From IMG/VR virus record IMGVR_UViG_3300024308_000008, positions 1 through 59,499 of that record: a DNA stretch of 59,499 nt; one strand, written 5' to 3'. The position numbers and the translations under genes were made by a program. Under the pieces are notes generated by a model. The model did no database searches. It was not told the DNA's origin and saw only the letters and a list, made by a program, of their open reading frames with translations. How positions within the stretch are numbered: the stretch's first letter is position 1; every line of letters starts with the position of its first letter. The DNA is from a virus. This document shows positions 36,368 to 44,458 of this stretch, piece after piece.

Positions 36368-36802
36368 TTAGATCACGACAACGAGTACGCCGTAGGTGCT
36401 GCGATCAAATATCAGTACGTCCTTGATGCCACCCAAATTGAGCAGGGCCTGGCAATAGCGCAAACGAGCCATGTAACTGCCAGACTCGTCTTCAGGGTCT
36501 CCCAGTGTGTCTTGGTGGTCTGTGTCGCAGGTCATTGTAAAGCACGAAAGACCTGCCCCAATCAGGTTCTTCAAGTTGCGCTCCAAGGCTCTGCGCAGAG
36601 CTTTACGGTGCTCGGATACGCTGATGGGGCGAGCCTTCGTAAGCTCTTCAAACTTACCGGGAAACTTTTTAGTCAATGTTTCGCGGAAGCCTGCAACTTG
36701 GGAGCGTTTAGACGCGAGGCGAAGCTCATGGCGATCTTTGATAGTAGAGATTGAAGAGTCCAGGTTTTCGATGCAGTCTTCAGCATACAGAGTTACATTC
36801 AT
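36368..36802 (-). CDS. Hypothetical protein
   Basis: 144-aa ORF with GGAG upstream. Confidence 0.55.
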   Translation of the reverse strand: MNVTLYAEDCIENLDSSISTIKDRHELRLASKRSQVAGFRETLTKKFPGKFEELTKARPISVSEHRKALRRALERNLKNLIGAGLSCFTMTCDTDHQDTLGDPEDESGSYMARLRYCQALLNLGGIKDVLIFDRSTYGVLVVVI

Positions 36803-36817
36803 GACATTTTCTCCAGA

Positions 36818-36985
36818 TTACAGGGAGCAGAGGCGCTCACCCAACGAATACATATTAGCCTGTTGGTGGGGCTTCACGCCAGTTGACACTTCGATGTCTT
36901 TTGCAGTGTGACCCTGGTTGCGCAGATGATAAACCTGGCGAGCCTTGATACGGTTCCACATGACTTTACGTTCACCTTTGTTCAT
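36818..36985 (-). CDS. 55-aa helix-turn-helix protein (below the ORF-track cutoff)
   Basis: Hand translation is MNKGERKVMWNRIKARQVYHLRNQGHTAKDIEVSTGVKPHQQANMYSLGERLCSL. It has a strong AAGGAG RBS and starts 1 nt after the upstream stop. Confidence 0.5.
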   Translation of the reverse strand: MNKGERKVMWNRIKARQVYHLRNQGHTAKDIEVSTGVKPHQQANMYSLGERLCSL

Positions 36986-36986
36986 A

Positions 36987-37538
36987 TTACTTCTCCTTGA
37001 TTTCGTGTGCGAGCTGCAACCCTTTAAGGTTCACGCCCTTGAATGACATTGAAAAGAACTTGTGCGTACTTACGTGCGTAATTGTAGCCAGTGCGTGCCT
37101 GTCATCGCAAGCGTAGCGCCACGCAAAGCCACCGTGCATGTGGTCAATCCGCTTACCTTGCGCCGCCAGGATAACGCTGGAGTGGTCGAACCCTTCTTCT
37201 GCGGCAGCATAAGCTGATCGGAACCGGCGAACAGAAGTGACGTTGCCTTTCTTGTCCCTGGCGACACCGATTACAGGTACAGCAGTCTTAGGGTCCTCTC
37301 CGATATGCGTAACACGCAAAACCAGGACACGGTAATTGCGCGGACCTTTGCGGACCATGCGGTAAAGCTTTTCGCTGGTATACCGACCGCTTCGAGTGAT
37401 ATCCTGGAGCTTACGCTTGGCGTCGGTGACGTGCATCCCAAAGTGGGCTGCAACCTCGTCAGCGGTAACGCCACGCTCGTGGCTCATTGCCCAGCGGGCA
37501 ACTTGCTCGGTTTTACTTATTCCTGAAGTGTGACGCAT
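36987..37538 (-). CDS. DNA-binding protein: N-terminal HTH plus a NUMOD1-like motif, with no nuclease domain seen
   Basis: 'VTADEVAAHFGMHVTDAKRKL' and 'RFRSAYAAAEEGFDHSSVILAAQGKRIDHMHGGFAWRYA'. Confidence 0.5.
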   Translation of the reverse strand: MRHTSGISKTEQVARWAMSHERGVTADEVAAHFGMHVTDAKRKLQDITRSGRYTSEKLYRMVRKGPRNYRVLVLRVTHIGEDPKTAVPVIGVARDKKGNVTSVRRFRSAYAAAEEGFDHSSVILAAQGKRIDHMHGGFAWRYACDDRHALATITHVSTHKFFSMSFKGVNLKGLQLAHEIKEK

Positions 37539-37539
37539 A

Positions 37540-38403
37540 TTACATACCTATGTAGATAGACTTTATCTTGTCGCGAATGTTCCACGCTTCTTCGCGCAGA
37601 GCCATGAATTGTTTGAACGCAGCATAACCAGGGTCGTCGGCGAAGGCTGTGTCTGCGTGCGGGTGTCTGGAGTATGTGCGGAACGTGTCTGTCAAGTCAA
37701 ACCCGTACTCTATGTTATCAGTGAGAACGCAGAACTGGGGGAAGTAGCGCCCAATATCCTGGAGCAGCGCAAAGCTAAAGTGCTTGGGGTGTTTGTAGCG
37801 CAAAGGAACGACGCAAGACATACCTTGGAATTTGAACCGACGCCACTTCTCCAGGCGCTTAGGCACTTCGCTATAACTTTGCAAGTCAGACCAGTGGTGG
37901 TGCAGGGAGCTCACCCCTGGCGCGTCAACGGGTACGTTGTGGTCATTGACGATCAGGTGCGGCGTATCCTGTTGCACCTTTTTAATGTACGCAGGAACCC
38001 GCGCGACTTTGGGCTTAGCAGGCTTGCCCTGCTCACCCTGAGCGCCAACAGGGGCCTTGCTCCCAGCAATAGGCCGCCCAACACGACCTTTACGGTTAGC
38101 CAAATACTCGGCGGCCCACGGCTCCGCGAACTTGCGCAAGTAAAGGTAGATACCATCGCCCATGCAGATGAAGCCAGGGATACCTTCCCGTCGACGCAAC
38201 TCCTGCAAACGTTGCGCACCTAGGCCTAGATATTCCTGTAACTGCTTAGGTGTCCACAATTCCTCTTTCACAGCGGCAACCATCCAGTCGTTCCACTGGT
38301 TAATGGTTTCTAAATCTTTCGGCGCTTCTCCTTGGAAGCTAAGAAGGTCTTTCATGCTCATAACATAACTCGCAATGGTTGTTTGTATAGGAGTATTGTG
38401 CAT
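37540..38403 (-). CDS. Hypothetical protein, first gene of the leftward block (start uncertain: 38403, 38361 or 38355)
   Basis: 287-aa ORF. No clear SD precedes any candidate ATG. Confidence 0.5.
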   Translation of the reverse strand: MHNTPIQTTIASYVMSMKDLLSFQGEAPKDLETINQWNDWMVAAVKEELWTPKQLQEYLGLGAQRLQELRRREGIPGFICMGDGIYLYLRKFAEPWAAEYLANRKGRVGRPIAGSKAPVGAQGEQGKPAKPKVARVPAYIKKVQQDTPHLIVNDHNVPVDAPGVSSLHHHWSDLQSYSEVPKRLEKWRRFKFQGMSCVVPLRYKHPKHFSFALLQDIGRYFPQFCVLTDNIEYGFDLTDTFRTYSRHPHADTAFADDPGYAAFKQFMALREEAWNIRDKIKSIYIGM

Positions 38404-39144
38404 TGATCAGGAATAGAGTGCAAAGGTTTTTAGTAACACCGGATTACTATAATATAGGTTGTAATAATGCAATTGTAATACCGGGTATAAGGTAAAACGG
38501 AGAGTCTAAGTGCGTGACCCAGCAAATATTTGCTAAATATTTAAAACTTACGTTTTTGTCCGAAAACTGCTGCACGTACTAGGGTAAACGCCAGCAAGGG
38601 CGCGGGTAGCGCAAAGGTAGTACCGGGTTACACGATAAAATGCAAAAGCCCATATATTTTCTGTTTTCATATTTTAACCCCCCCTTTTTATATATAGGAA
38701 TGGAAATACCATCCATGGAGGCTAAATCAATTAAAAACAACATGCTATTTTTTCAATTAAAATAAAAAAAATAATAAAATATATATATAAAACACTTATA
38801 AACACTGCATTCTTAGTATCTCTTACTCTTAAAAATTATTTTTTATTGAATCTTTACCCTTCTACTTGACACCAATACACCCCACCGCCTCTATATCGTG
38901 GTTACTAAATTTGACTTTTGCAATTTCAGATTTTCAAATTTAGATTTTCTTTTCTTTCAATTTGATTTTATCAACTTCTCATTCATTTACAGTGATTTTG
39001 TAAGATTCTGACAAGAAATGACGTCACAGCTACCAGGAGGTCGAAGGAAAGCTCCCTGGAGGGTGCGAAGCGAGTAGACTTGATATTGTGGTTACCGCTA
39101 TACTTATCGGACTTTGTAAGCAACATTTACCAGGAGTATTGAAA
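38404..39144. promoter_or_regulatory. AT-rich divergent control region between the leftward and rightward early blocks
   Basis: No convincing ORF. The line at 38761 has 9 G+C in 60 nt. There are palindromes at 38521-38534 and 39019-39026, three GTAnnACCGGnT motifs, and AATTTnAGATTTT phased tracts. Confidence 0.6.
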
Positions 39145-39456
39145 ATGATCATTGAAGAGCGCACCGCCAACTTTGCGGCATGTGAAGGCAAGTTTTTCCA
39201 GGTCGTTGAACGCAACGAAGAAGGCGTCGAGACCTTCCGCCAACTCGAGTGCTACATGCCGGCAGCGGTCAGCACGTATAAGGAGCCTCTGGAGGCAACC
39301 CGCAGCCGCTTCCTGGCGGAACTGGAGAGGGGGGCCAGGGCGAAGAAGTGGGGCGTAGGCGCAACTGGTAAGCCCCTAACGGCCCGTTACCGCATCCGGG
39401 AGTCGGACGGGGAGCTCATGAGCGTCCTGGCCCTGGAGGGCGGGATGAAGCGCTAA
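39145..39456 (+). CDS. Hypothetical early protein
   Basis: ATG lies 8 nt after caggag (39131-39136). Confidence 0.55.
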   Translation: MIIEERTANFAACEGKFFQVVERNEEGVETFRQLECYMPAAVSTYKEPLEATRSRFLAELERGARAKKWGVGATGKPLTARYRIRESDGELMSVLALEGGMKR

Positions 39457-39556
39457 GGCTTGCCCTGGTTACAGGACCAAAAAATTCAAATTTTGTAGAT
39501 GGGTCGCGTATAGGGGCCCTTTTTGCGTTTGCACGATTTTCCGCTCTCGCACGGGG

Positions 39557-39751
39557 TTGACGTGCTACACCGCCTTGTCGCACGGGTGTTGCGTGCTAGA
39601 ACGGGTTGTGGTACGGGTCAGACGTGCTACATCGGGTTGTAGCGTGCCGTTGACGTGCTTGAAGGGTGTAGCGTGGGAGAGACGTGCTAGAAGCGGTTGT
39701 TACACGGAGTTGACGTGCTACAACATTGTAGCCAGGTTTTGACGTGCTACA
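39557..39751 (+). repeat. Seven tandem ~31-bp iteron-like units, core (T)TGACGTGCTAC(A) plus a partial inverted TGTAGCGTG
   Basis: CGTGCT cores at 39561, 39592, 39623, 39654, 39683, 39714 and 39743, giving spacings of 31, 31, 31, 29, 31 and 29. Confidence 0.85.
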
Positions 39752-39781
39752 AAAAAAAATAAAAATAGGTAGGTTATGTGC

Positions 39782-39809
39782 TTGACCCTATGTGTAGTCG
39801 AACTATAAT
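39782..39809 (+). promoter_or_regulatory. Sigma70-type promoter (TTGACC, 16-nt spacer, TATAAT)
   Basis: Read directly. It lies 50 nt upstream of the 39862 ATG. Confidence 0.6.
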
Positions 39810-39861
39810 TAGCTATGTAAAGCAGCACATATTGTGCCGCTCCTAAACGGGGATTGCAAAA

Positions 39862-40197
39862 ATGGCTAACTATACTTATGTCGACAGCACGTTTGTTTTA
39901 ATTGCTGTGGAAGCAGAGGCGGAGCTTGCCTTGGAAAACGGCTTTAGTGTAAGCGCCGAGGACTCCGAGTTGCTCACGCTTACTTTTAACAACAGGGCGG
40001 TCATGTTTGCAGGCGTCTACTTGCAGGACGACAGCACCTACGAGGTCCAGGTGGAGGAAGTGATCAACGAGGACCTGGACACGTACACGGTGGAACTTAA
40101 TGCCAACGGTAATGTGGCTACACTCCAGGAAGCCGGGGCAGTAGTACGCAAAGCCTTTGAAGAGATGCAAGATAAATTGATGCAAGATAATTTCTAA
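39862..40197 (+). CDS. Highly acidic early protein, hypothetical
   Basis: First ORF after the strong promoter. It is rich in D/E and has very few K/R. Confidence 0.6.
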   Translation: MANYTYVDSTFVLIAVEAEAELALENGFSVSAEDSELLTLTFNNRAVMFAGVYLQDDSTYEVQVEEVINEDLDTYTVELNANGNVATLQEAGAVVRKAFEEMQDKLMQDNF

Positions 40198-40281
40198 CTC
40201 CTGGTTGCTTTTACAATCGGTAGTGTAAGACAATAAACACATCGGGGGAACATCTCCCCCGCTCTACAAAAGGTAAATAGT

Positions 40282-40848
40282 ATGTTCGCGATCACTAAAG
40301 AGTTCGATTCTGCCGCCAAAGCCGTTGCCTCCGTTAAGATTACTGCTCGCAACAAAAAGGTCGCACTTCCCGCCGATCTGGACTACAGCCTGCTCGTTAA
40401 GAGCGCCGGCCGCGCATTTGTAGTCGACAACGACGCCCTGAACATAGCAGCCGGGTTTGTGCAAGCTGCCGCCCCGGAAGTTGCGCAAGCTGCCGTCGCC
40501 GTTGCAAGCAAGGGAAGCCTCGCCGCTAGTATGCTGTCCATGTTTAACCGGGACGCAAGCAAGCACGCTGCGGAGGATAAGGCGTTAGCACAAAGCGCTG
40601 GACAAAAAGCTAGCAAGCGTGCTAGCGAGGTCCAAAACGGCGCACGTCGCCCTGCAAAAGCTGGCAAGACTGCCGACGTGTGGGAGGTAACCGAACGGTT
40701 ACAGAACGTCAGGGACGGTGTTACACCCACCTGTAAGGAAGTATATGAGGTACTGGTAAGTCAAGACAAATATTTTAATAAAACGACTTGCAATATCCAA
40801 TACTATGCTTGCCTGAAGTTCCACGGCTGGGAAAACAATCGAGGCTGA
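40282..40848 (+). CDS. Hypothetical protein whose C-terminal domain is paralogous to that of the 21539-22309 product
   Basis: 'QNGARRPAKAGKTADVW...FNKTTCNIQYYACLKFHG'. Confidence 0.55.
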   Translation: MFAITKEFDSAAKAVASVKITARNKKVALPADLDYSLLVKSAGRAFVVDNDALNIAAGFVQAAAPEVAQAAVAVASKGSLAASMLSMFNRDASKHAAEDKALAQSAGQKASKRASEVQNGARRPAKAGKTADVWEVTERLQNVRDGVTPTCKEVYEVLVSQDKYFNKTTCNIQYYACLKFHGWENNRG

Positions 40849-40939
40849 GGTTGATAATAAAGCGGGCCACCGCGCCCGCTTTTAGCCGATACTATATACA
40901 TCAGCTGGGGATTGTCCCTAGCCTCAGAAGGGGTAGCAT

Positions 40940-41407
40940 ATGAAAACCAAACAATCAAGCATGATGGCTGTATTTACCAAGGAATGTAATAACGCGATCA
41001 ACCATGGCGGGAAAATGGAAACCTCTGAGCGCTTCATCTTGATCGATAAAAAGTCCGAGAAGCGGGTGGTGGACGCTTGCGTTTACGTGGGGAGGAGCCG
41101 TTCCTCGTCCCAGGTAAAGGCTGCCCTGTGGGTCAAGCTCTCCGACAAGAAAAAGCCCGAGGGCTGGGAGTACGGGCACACATCGGGCAAGGGTTGCGCT
41201 AGCGGCCACTATAGCGAGGCGATCGCTAACGCTGTAGAGAGCGCGGGGATCGAGCTGTATGGCACTGCATATCCGCGCGACGGCGAACAGGTGGACTTCA
41301 AGGAGAGGGTCCACTTTGGCGGGGTTGGCGAGGGTGCTACCAGGAGGGCTCTGCTGGCGATAGCCTATGCTGCTGGCTGGACCGATGTCGTTTTCGTGGG
41401 GGCTTGA
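40940..41407 (+). CDS. Hypothetical protein
   Basis: 155-aa ORF; start uncertain. Confidence 0.5.
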   Translation: MKTKQSSMMAVFTKECNNAINHGGKMETSERFILIDKKSEKRVVDACVYVGRSRSSSQVKAALWVKLSDKKKPEGWEYGHTSGKGCASGHYSEAIANAVESAGIELYGTAYPRDGEQVDFKERVHFGGVGEGATRRALLAIAYAAGWTDVVFVGA

Positions 41408-41410
41408 GCC

Positions 41411-41518
41411 ATGATTACTTTCGAATTCGAGAACGGCGTTATCCGTAAATTTAAATCGCTAGGCTGGGCGCTTGAATATGCCCATAAAAGTAACACTCGC
41501 ATAATCCGTTATTACTAA
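41411..41518 (+). CDS. Possible 35-aa ORF (MITFEFENGVIRKFKSLGWALEYAHKSNTRIIRYY)
   Basis: Hand translation. It fills an intergenic gap and has no clear SD. Confidence 0.25.
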   Translation: MITFEFENGVIRKFKSLGWALEYAHKSNTRIIRYY

Positions 41519-41532
41519 TTGAGGGCAATATT

Positions 41533-41802
41533 ATGGAATTACTTTGCGATAGCCACCATGGCCAATTTATCCCACAAATTATGGCCCGCCGTCTTTTCGA
41601 TGCGGGATGGTCCGGGATTGATTTAGGTGATGTTGTTGAGCTGGAGGCGGGGCCAGACGACAGCGACTGGTATTGGGAAACGTGGGAAGGTGTTTTAAAC
41701 TCCGCGCAGTTCTCGGATGAAACCGGGGAGATCTGGTATCTGCACCATGATGGGGATTTATTCGCCGCCACGGCTTCAGATCTAGAAGAGTTGGGGGATT
41801 GA
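41533..41802 (+). CDS. Acidic hypothetical protein
   Basis: 89-aa ORF with 'YWETWEGVL...IWYLHHDGDLF'. Confidence 0.55.
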   Translation: MELLCDSHHGQFIPQIMARRLFDAGWSGIDLGDVVELEAGPDDSDWYWETWEGVLNSAQFSDETGEIWYLHHDGDLFAATASDLEELGD

Positions 41803-41894
41803 TCAAGCCTCCACAAGTGTGATCTAATCAACAATGCGCGGCCAGCTGATTTGTGCTACACTGGCCGCAACAGCCAGCCCTAGGAGTAAAGTAT

Positions 41895-42170
41895 ATGCGT
41901 GCTAACGAAATGGTAATTGTGGTTACTGTAATGCCTGCAACAGCAACTAAAGGCACCCGCTATAAAGGCGTTTGCGACGAAGCTTGTCAAGTGGTTCCTT
42001 TAAATTTCGAGCTCGACGCTAAAGCTAACGCCTGGCTAGCAGCGCAAGCCTGCTGCACTTCCGCAAACCTGGAGGCCCGCGAGGGAGAGGAGTGGCGTCC
42101 GTGGGGTAGCGTTATGCCTAACCCTACTAAGCCGGGTAGCTGGGTTATTGTAGCTCGCCGCACACTGTAA
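41895..42170 (+). CDS. Hypothetical protein
   Basis: ATG follows taggag (41881-41886). Confidence 0.5.
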   Translation: MRANEMVIVVTVMPATATKGTRYKGVCDEACQVVPLNFELDAKANAWLAAQACCTSANLEAREGEEWRPWGSVMPNPTKPGSWVIVARRTL

Positions 42171-42194
42171 CATTTAAGGTACAACGGAGGCCTT

Positions 42195-42395
42195 ATGGTA
42201 TACTTGACAGGGATGCCTATACAGGGTAGCGAGGAAGCGGTGCAGGTGTGTACACAGGAGCAGCGCAGGGTCAAGCCTGCTGTGTGCCGCCTGCTGCTGG
42301 CGCACCACATGGTAAACCTGGGGCTGCTGGACACACAGGCAGCAGCCCGCGTCGTAGCACACAAGGGAGGATGTGTCAAGAGAATAAAGAAATAA
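42195..42395 (+). CDS. Hypothetical 66-aa protein
   Basis: GGAGG lies 4 nt upstream of the ATG. Confidence 0.4.
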   Translation: MVYLTGMPIQGSEEAVQVCTQEQRRVKPAVCRLLLAHHMVNLGLLDTQAAARVVAHKGGCVKRIKK

Positions 42396-42587
42396 AATAA
42401 ATCAACAAGAGCCCTTGACAAGAGAGCGAGGATAGGGCAGACAAGCGAGGCTCACCTGGTGTCACTCACTGACACCCCACCCAGTCATTAAGTGACATAT
42501 ATGGGGCCGGGGTCGGTGTCCCTCGTGATAGTGTCTTTCCCCCAAAATATCACCTACCCCACCCAGTCTTATTTTTTGCACTCTTCG

Positions 42588-42616
42588 TTGTCTTGATGCT
42601 GTATAGGGTTTATAGT
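42588..42616 (+). promoter_or_regulatory. Candidate sigma70 promoter (TTGTCT, 17-nt spacer, TATAGT)
   Basis: Read directly within the 320-nt non-coding gap. Confidence 0.3.
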
Positions 42617-42715
42617 TTTAAAATGTAACCCGACGCAATCAATTTCATCAACAAGAGGCTAGTATTGTGAAAACTAAGCGCAAATCTTTCGACAACCGTT
42701 CTATGACGCCGCGTA

Positions 42716-43123
42716 ATGAGCGAAAGCCCCCACTTGGCGCTGATAGAAGGCCTTTGGCGTGTTAGCCCTAGGCCTCACGAGGCATATTCCAACCCGCATC
42801 TACAAAGGCTGTGGACGAGGGCGCGTTATTGGGACAACTGCCGCAACGAGAAGATATGGGAGTTAGAAATGACCTTAGCTGAGTGGTGTCTTGCCAATGT
42901 GGTTACAACCAAGGAAGAGATTGCGAAGACACCCAAGCCGCGCCTGAACGCTTATTCGAAGCGTGCTGAGGTTGCTGCCGTAGACATGATCTGTCATTGT
43001 GGAGCATACTACACCACGACGCGCAAGAATCTGAAGAGGGGCTGGGGTCTGTCCTGCTGCCGTAAATGCGCAGCCCGGCGCGTCAAGTTCTTCCTGCCAC
43101 CGGGTAAGAGGGTCAAGAAATGA
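42716..43123 (+). CDS. Hypothetical protein with a C-terminal CHCG...RGWG.SC zinc-ribbon-like motif
   Basis: 'MICHCGAYYTTTRKNLKRGWGLSCCRKCAARR'. Confidence 0.5.
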   Translation: MSESPHLALIEGLWRVSPRPHEAYSNPHLQRLWTRARYWDNCRNEKIWELEMTLAEWCLANVVTTKEEIAKTPKPRLNAYSKRAEVAAVDMICHCGAYYTTTRKNLKRGWGLSCCRKCAARRVKFFLPPGKRVKK

Positions 43124-43329
43124 AAGTTCTCATGACTGTGTATCTAGGTTTCACAAGGGAAACAGAACACACCTGCCATGTTGAGCTTCTGTCTTGCGGC
43201 GCAGGTCGTATATCCTGCCCAGAATGCGGTGGAGACGGGGACTGGGCGAAGTACCTGCCTGAACCCTCAAGCGAGCCTTGCCCTTGTGTCGCTTGCAAGG
43301 GTACAGGTAAAATCTTAATATCCGTTTAA
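43120..43329 (+). CDS. Small DnaJ-type zinc-finger protein (two CxxCxGxG motifs)
   Basis: 'CPECGGDG' and 'CVACKGTG'. Confidence 0.5.
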   Translation: MKVLMTVYLGFTRETEHTCHVELLSCGAGRISCPECGGDGDWAKYLPEPSSEPCPCVACKGTGKILISV

Positions 43330-43340
43330 GGAGTAAAGTG

Positions 43341-43811
43341 ATGGGACAAGGTACTGACAGTTGCGGCGGCTGGGAATCCGATTACGATGCGTATGAAGAG
43401 AACTTGGCCACAGGTAAGTGGATTACCCGGGACGGCGAAGAGATTGAGCTGTCCAAAATGACGATCAAGCATCTCTATGGCGCCCGCCAGGTTGCCCGTC
43501 GCGCTGCCCACTGTGCTAACTTCACCTGCGACCAGGAGAAGTGGGATAGCTGGGTCGAGCTGTTTAACGAGGAAATCGTGCGCCGTGAGGGCAGCTCCGG
43601 CGCTGCCGCCTATGCCCCTGCGCCGAAAGCAGCACGCAAGGGGCAGAGCCCTGTTCGCGGGGTAAAGGTGTGCATGGTTTGCCACTGCGGGGTTGAATAC
43701 ATGGCGCGCGAAGCTGACCTGTCTCGCGGCTGGGGCTATAGCTGCTCCAAGTCTTTCGCTGCAAAACGTCGCGAGTTCGGTCGCCCGAAAGCTAAACGCA
43801 AGGTGTCTTGA
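43341..43811 (+). CDS. Hypothetical protein whose C-terminal motif is paralogous to that of the 42716 product
   Basis: AAGGAG lies 7 nt upstream. Motif: 'MVCHCGVEYMAREADLSRGWGYSCSKSFAAKRR'. Confidence 0.55.
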   Translation: MGQGTDSCGGWESDYDAYEENLATGKWITRDGEEIELSKMTIKHLYGARQVARRAAHCANFTCDQEKWDSWVELFNEEIVRREGSSGAAAYAPAPKAARKGQSPVRGVKVCMVCHCGVEYMAREADLSRGWGYSCSKSFAAKRREFGRPKAKRKVS

Positions 43812-43984
43812 TGCGCAAATATCTTTTTACCAACTTCGGCAATTTTAAGCCACAAGAAGTGACTTTGTTGGAGCTCGCAGATTGCGGTCTGTGGGGCGAC
43901 GAAGAGTTTGAGCAGTTTGCAGACATGGCTGTTGGCGATATTTTGCAATTTCCTGCTTTCTACACAGTGGAGAGGATTGAATGA
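43811..43984 (+). CDS. 57-aa acidic protein (below the ORF-track cutoff)
   Basis: TGATG overlap with the upstream stop. Hand translation is MRKYLFTNFGNFKPQEVTLLELADCGLWGDEEFEQFADMAVGDILQFPAFYTVERIE. Confidence 0.4.
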   Translation: MRKYLFTNFGNFKPQEVTLLELADCGLWGDEEFEQFADMAVGDILQFPAFYTVERIE

Positions 43985-44097
43985 CGTCGCTTACTGCAAA
44001 ACACTATCGAGAAGGTTTGCAGAATTGCGGTTGCTGATAAGGAAAACGTTGTATAGTTGGTTGTCAGCGCAAAATGCGCAGCACTCAGGAGAACAAA

Positions 44098-44457
44098 ATG
44101 AACCTCGTAAGCTCTATGGTCGTTACTCAATACATGCACTTCATTGTGATGCGAACCTTCTTCGTTAAGCGCGGCAAAGCAAGCGTGGATATCAGCGCTT
44201 ACGCCTACCTGTTTAGCGAGCACGAGGTTTTGCCCGGCGGCCAGTACACTGCAACTAGCGTTGGGTTGCCTGCCCAAACTGCACCGGGAGACGCCGCGAA
44301 AGCGTGTGCTAAGCTGTTCCGCGATCTGCGCGACAAGACGTCAAGTCCTGTTAGCAATCTCAAACTTGTTGACCACACTGAAGGCAAGCTCATCGCCAAG
44401 TATGTGAACGAGGCGGATCAAGAAGTGTCACAAGTCGAGGCCAAGGAGGCCCATTAA
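44098..44457 (+). CDS. Hypothetical protein
   Basis: ATG follows aggag (44087-44091). Confidence 0.5.
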   Translation: MNLVSSMVVTQYMHFIVMRTFFVKRGKASVDISAYAYLFSEHEVLPGGQYTATSVGLPAQTAPGDAAKACAKLFRDLRDKTSSPVSNLKLVDHTEGKLIAKYVNEADQEVSQVEAKEAH

Positions 44458-44458
44458 C

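Noticed and set aside
38641-38766. 41-codon ATG ORF in the AT-rich control region
   Set aside because: It has no RBS, extreme AT composition, and codon content unlike the rest of the genome. It is most likely non-coding.
39557-39751. Could the seven regular repeats be a small CRISPR array?
   Set aside because: The conserved core is only ~12 nt and degenerate. The 'spacers' (~18-20 nt) are themselves partly conserved (GGTTGTAGCGTG). There are no cas genes or leader, and the unit length of 29-31 nt is repeat plus spacer combined. This is iteron/operator architecture, not CRISPR. Track ORF 39557..39742 over it is an artefact.
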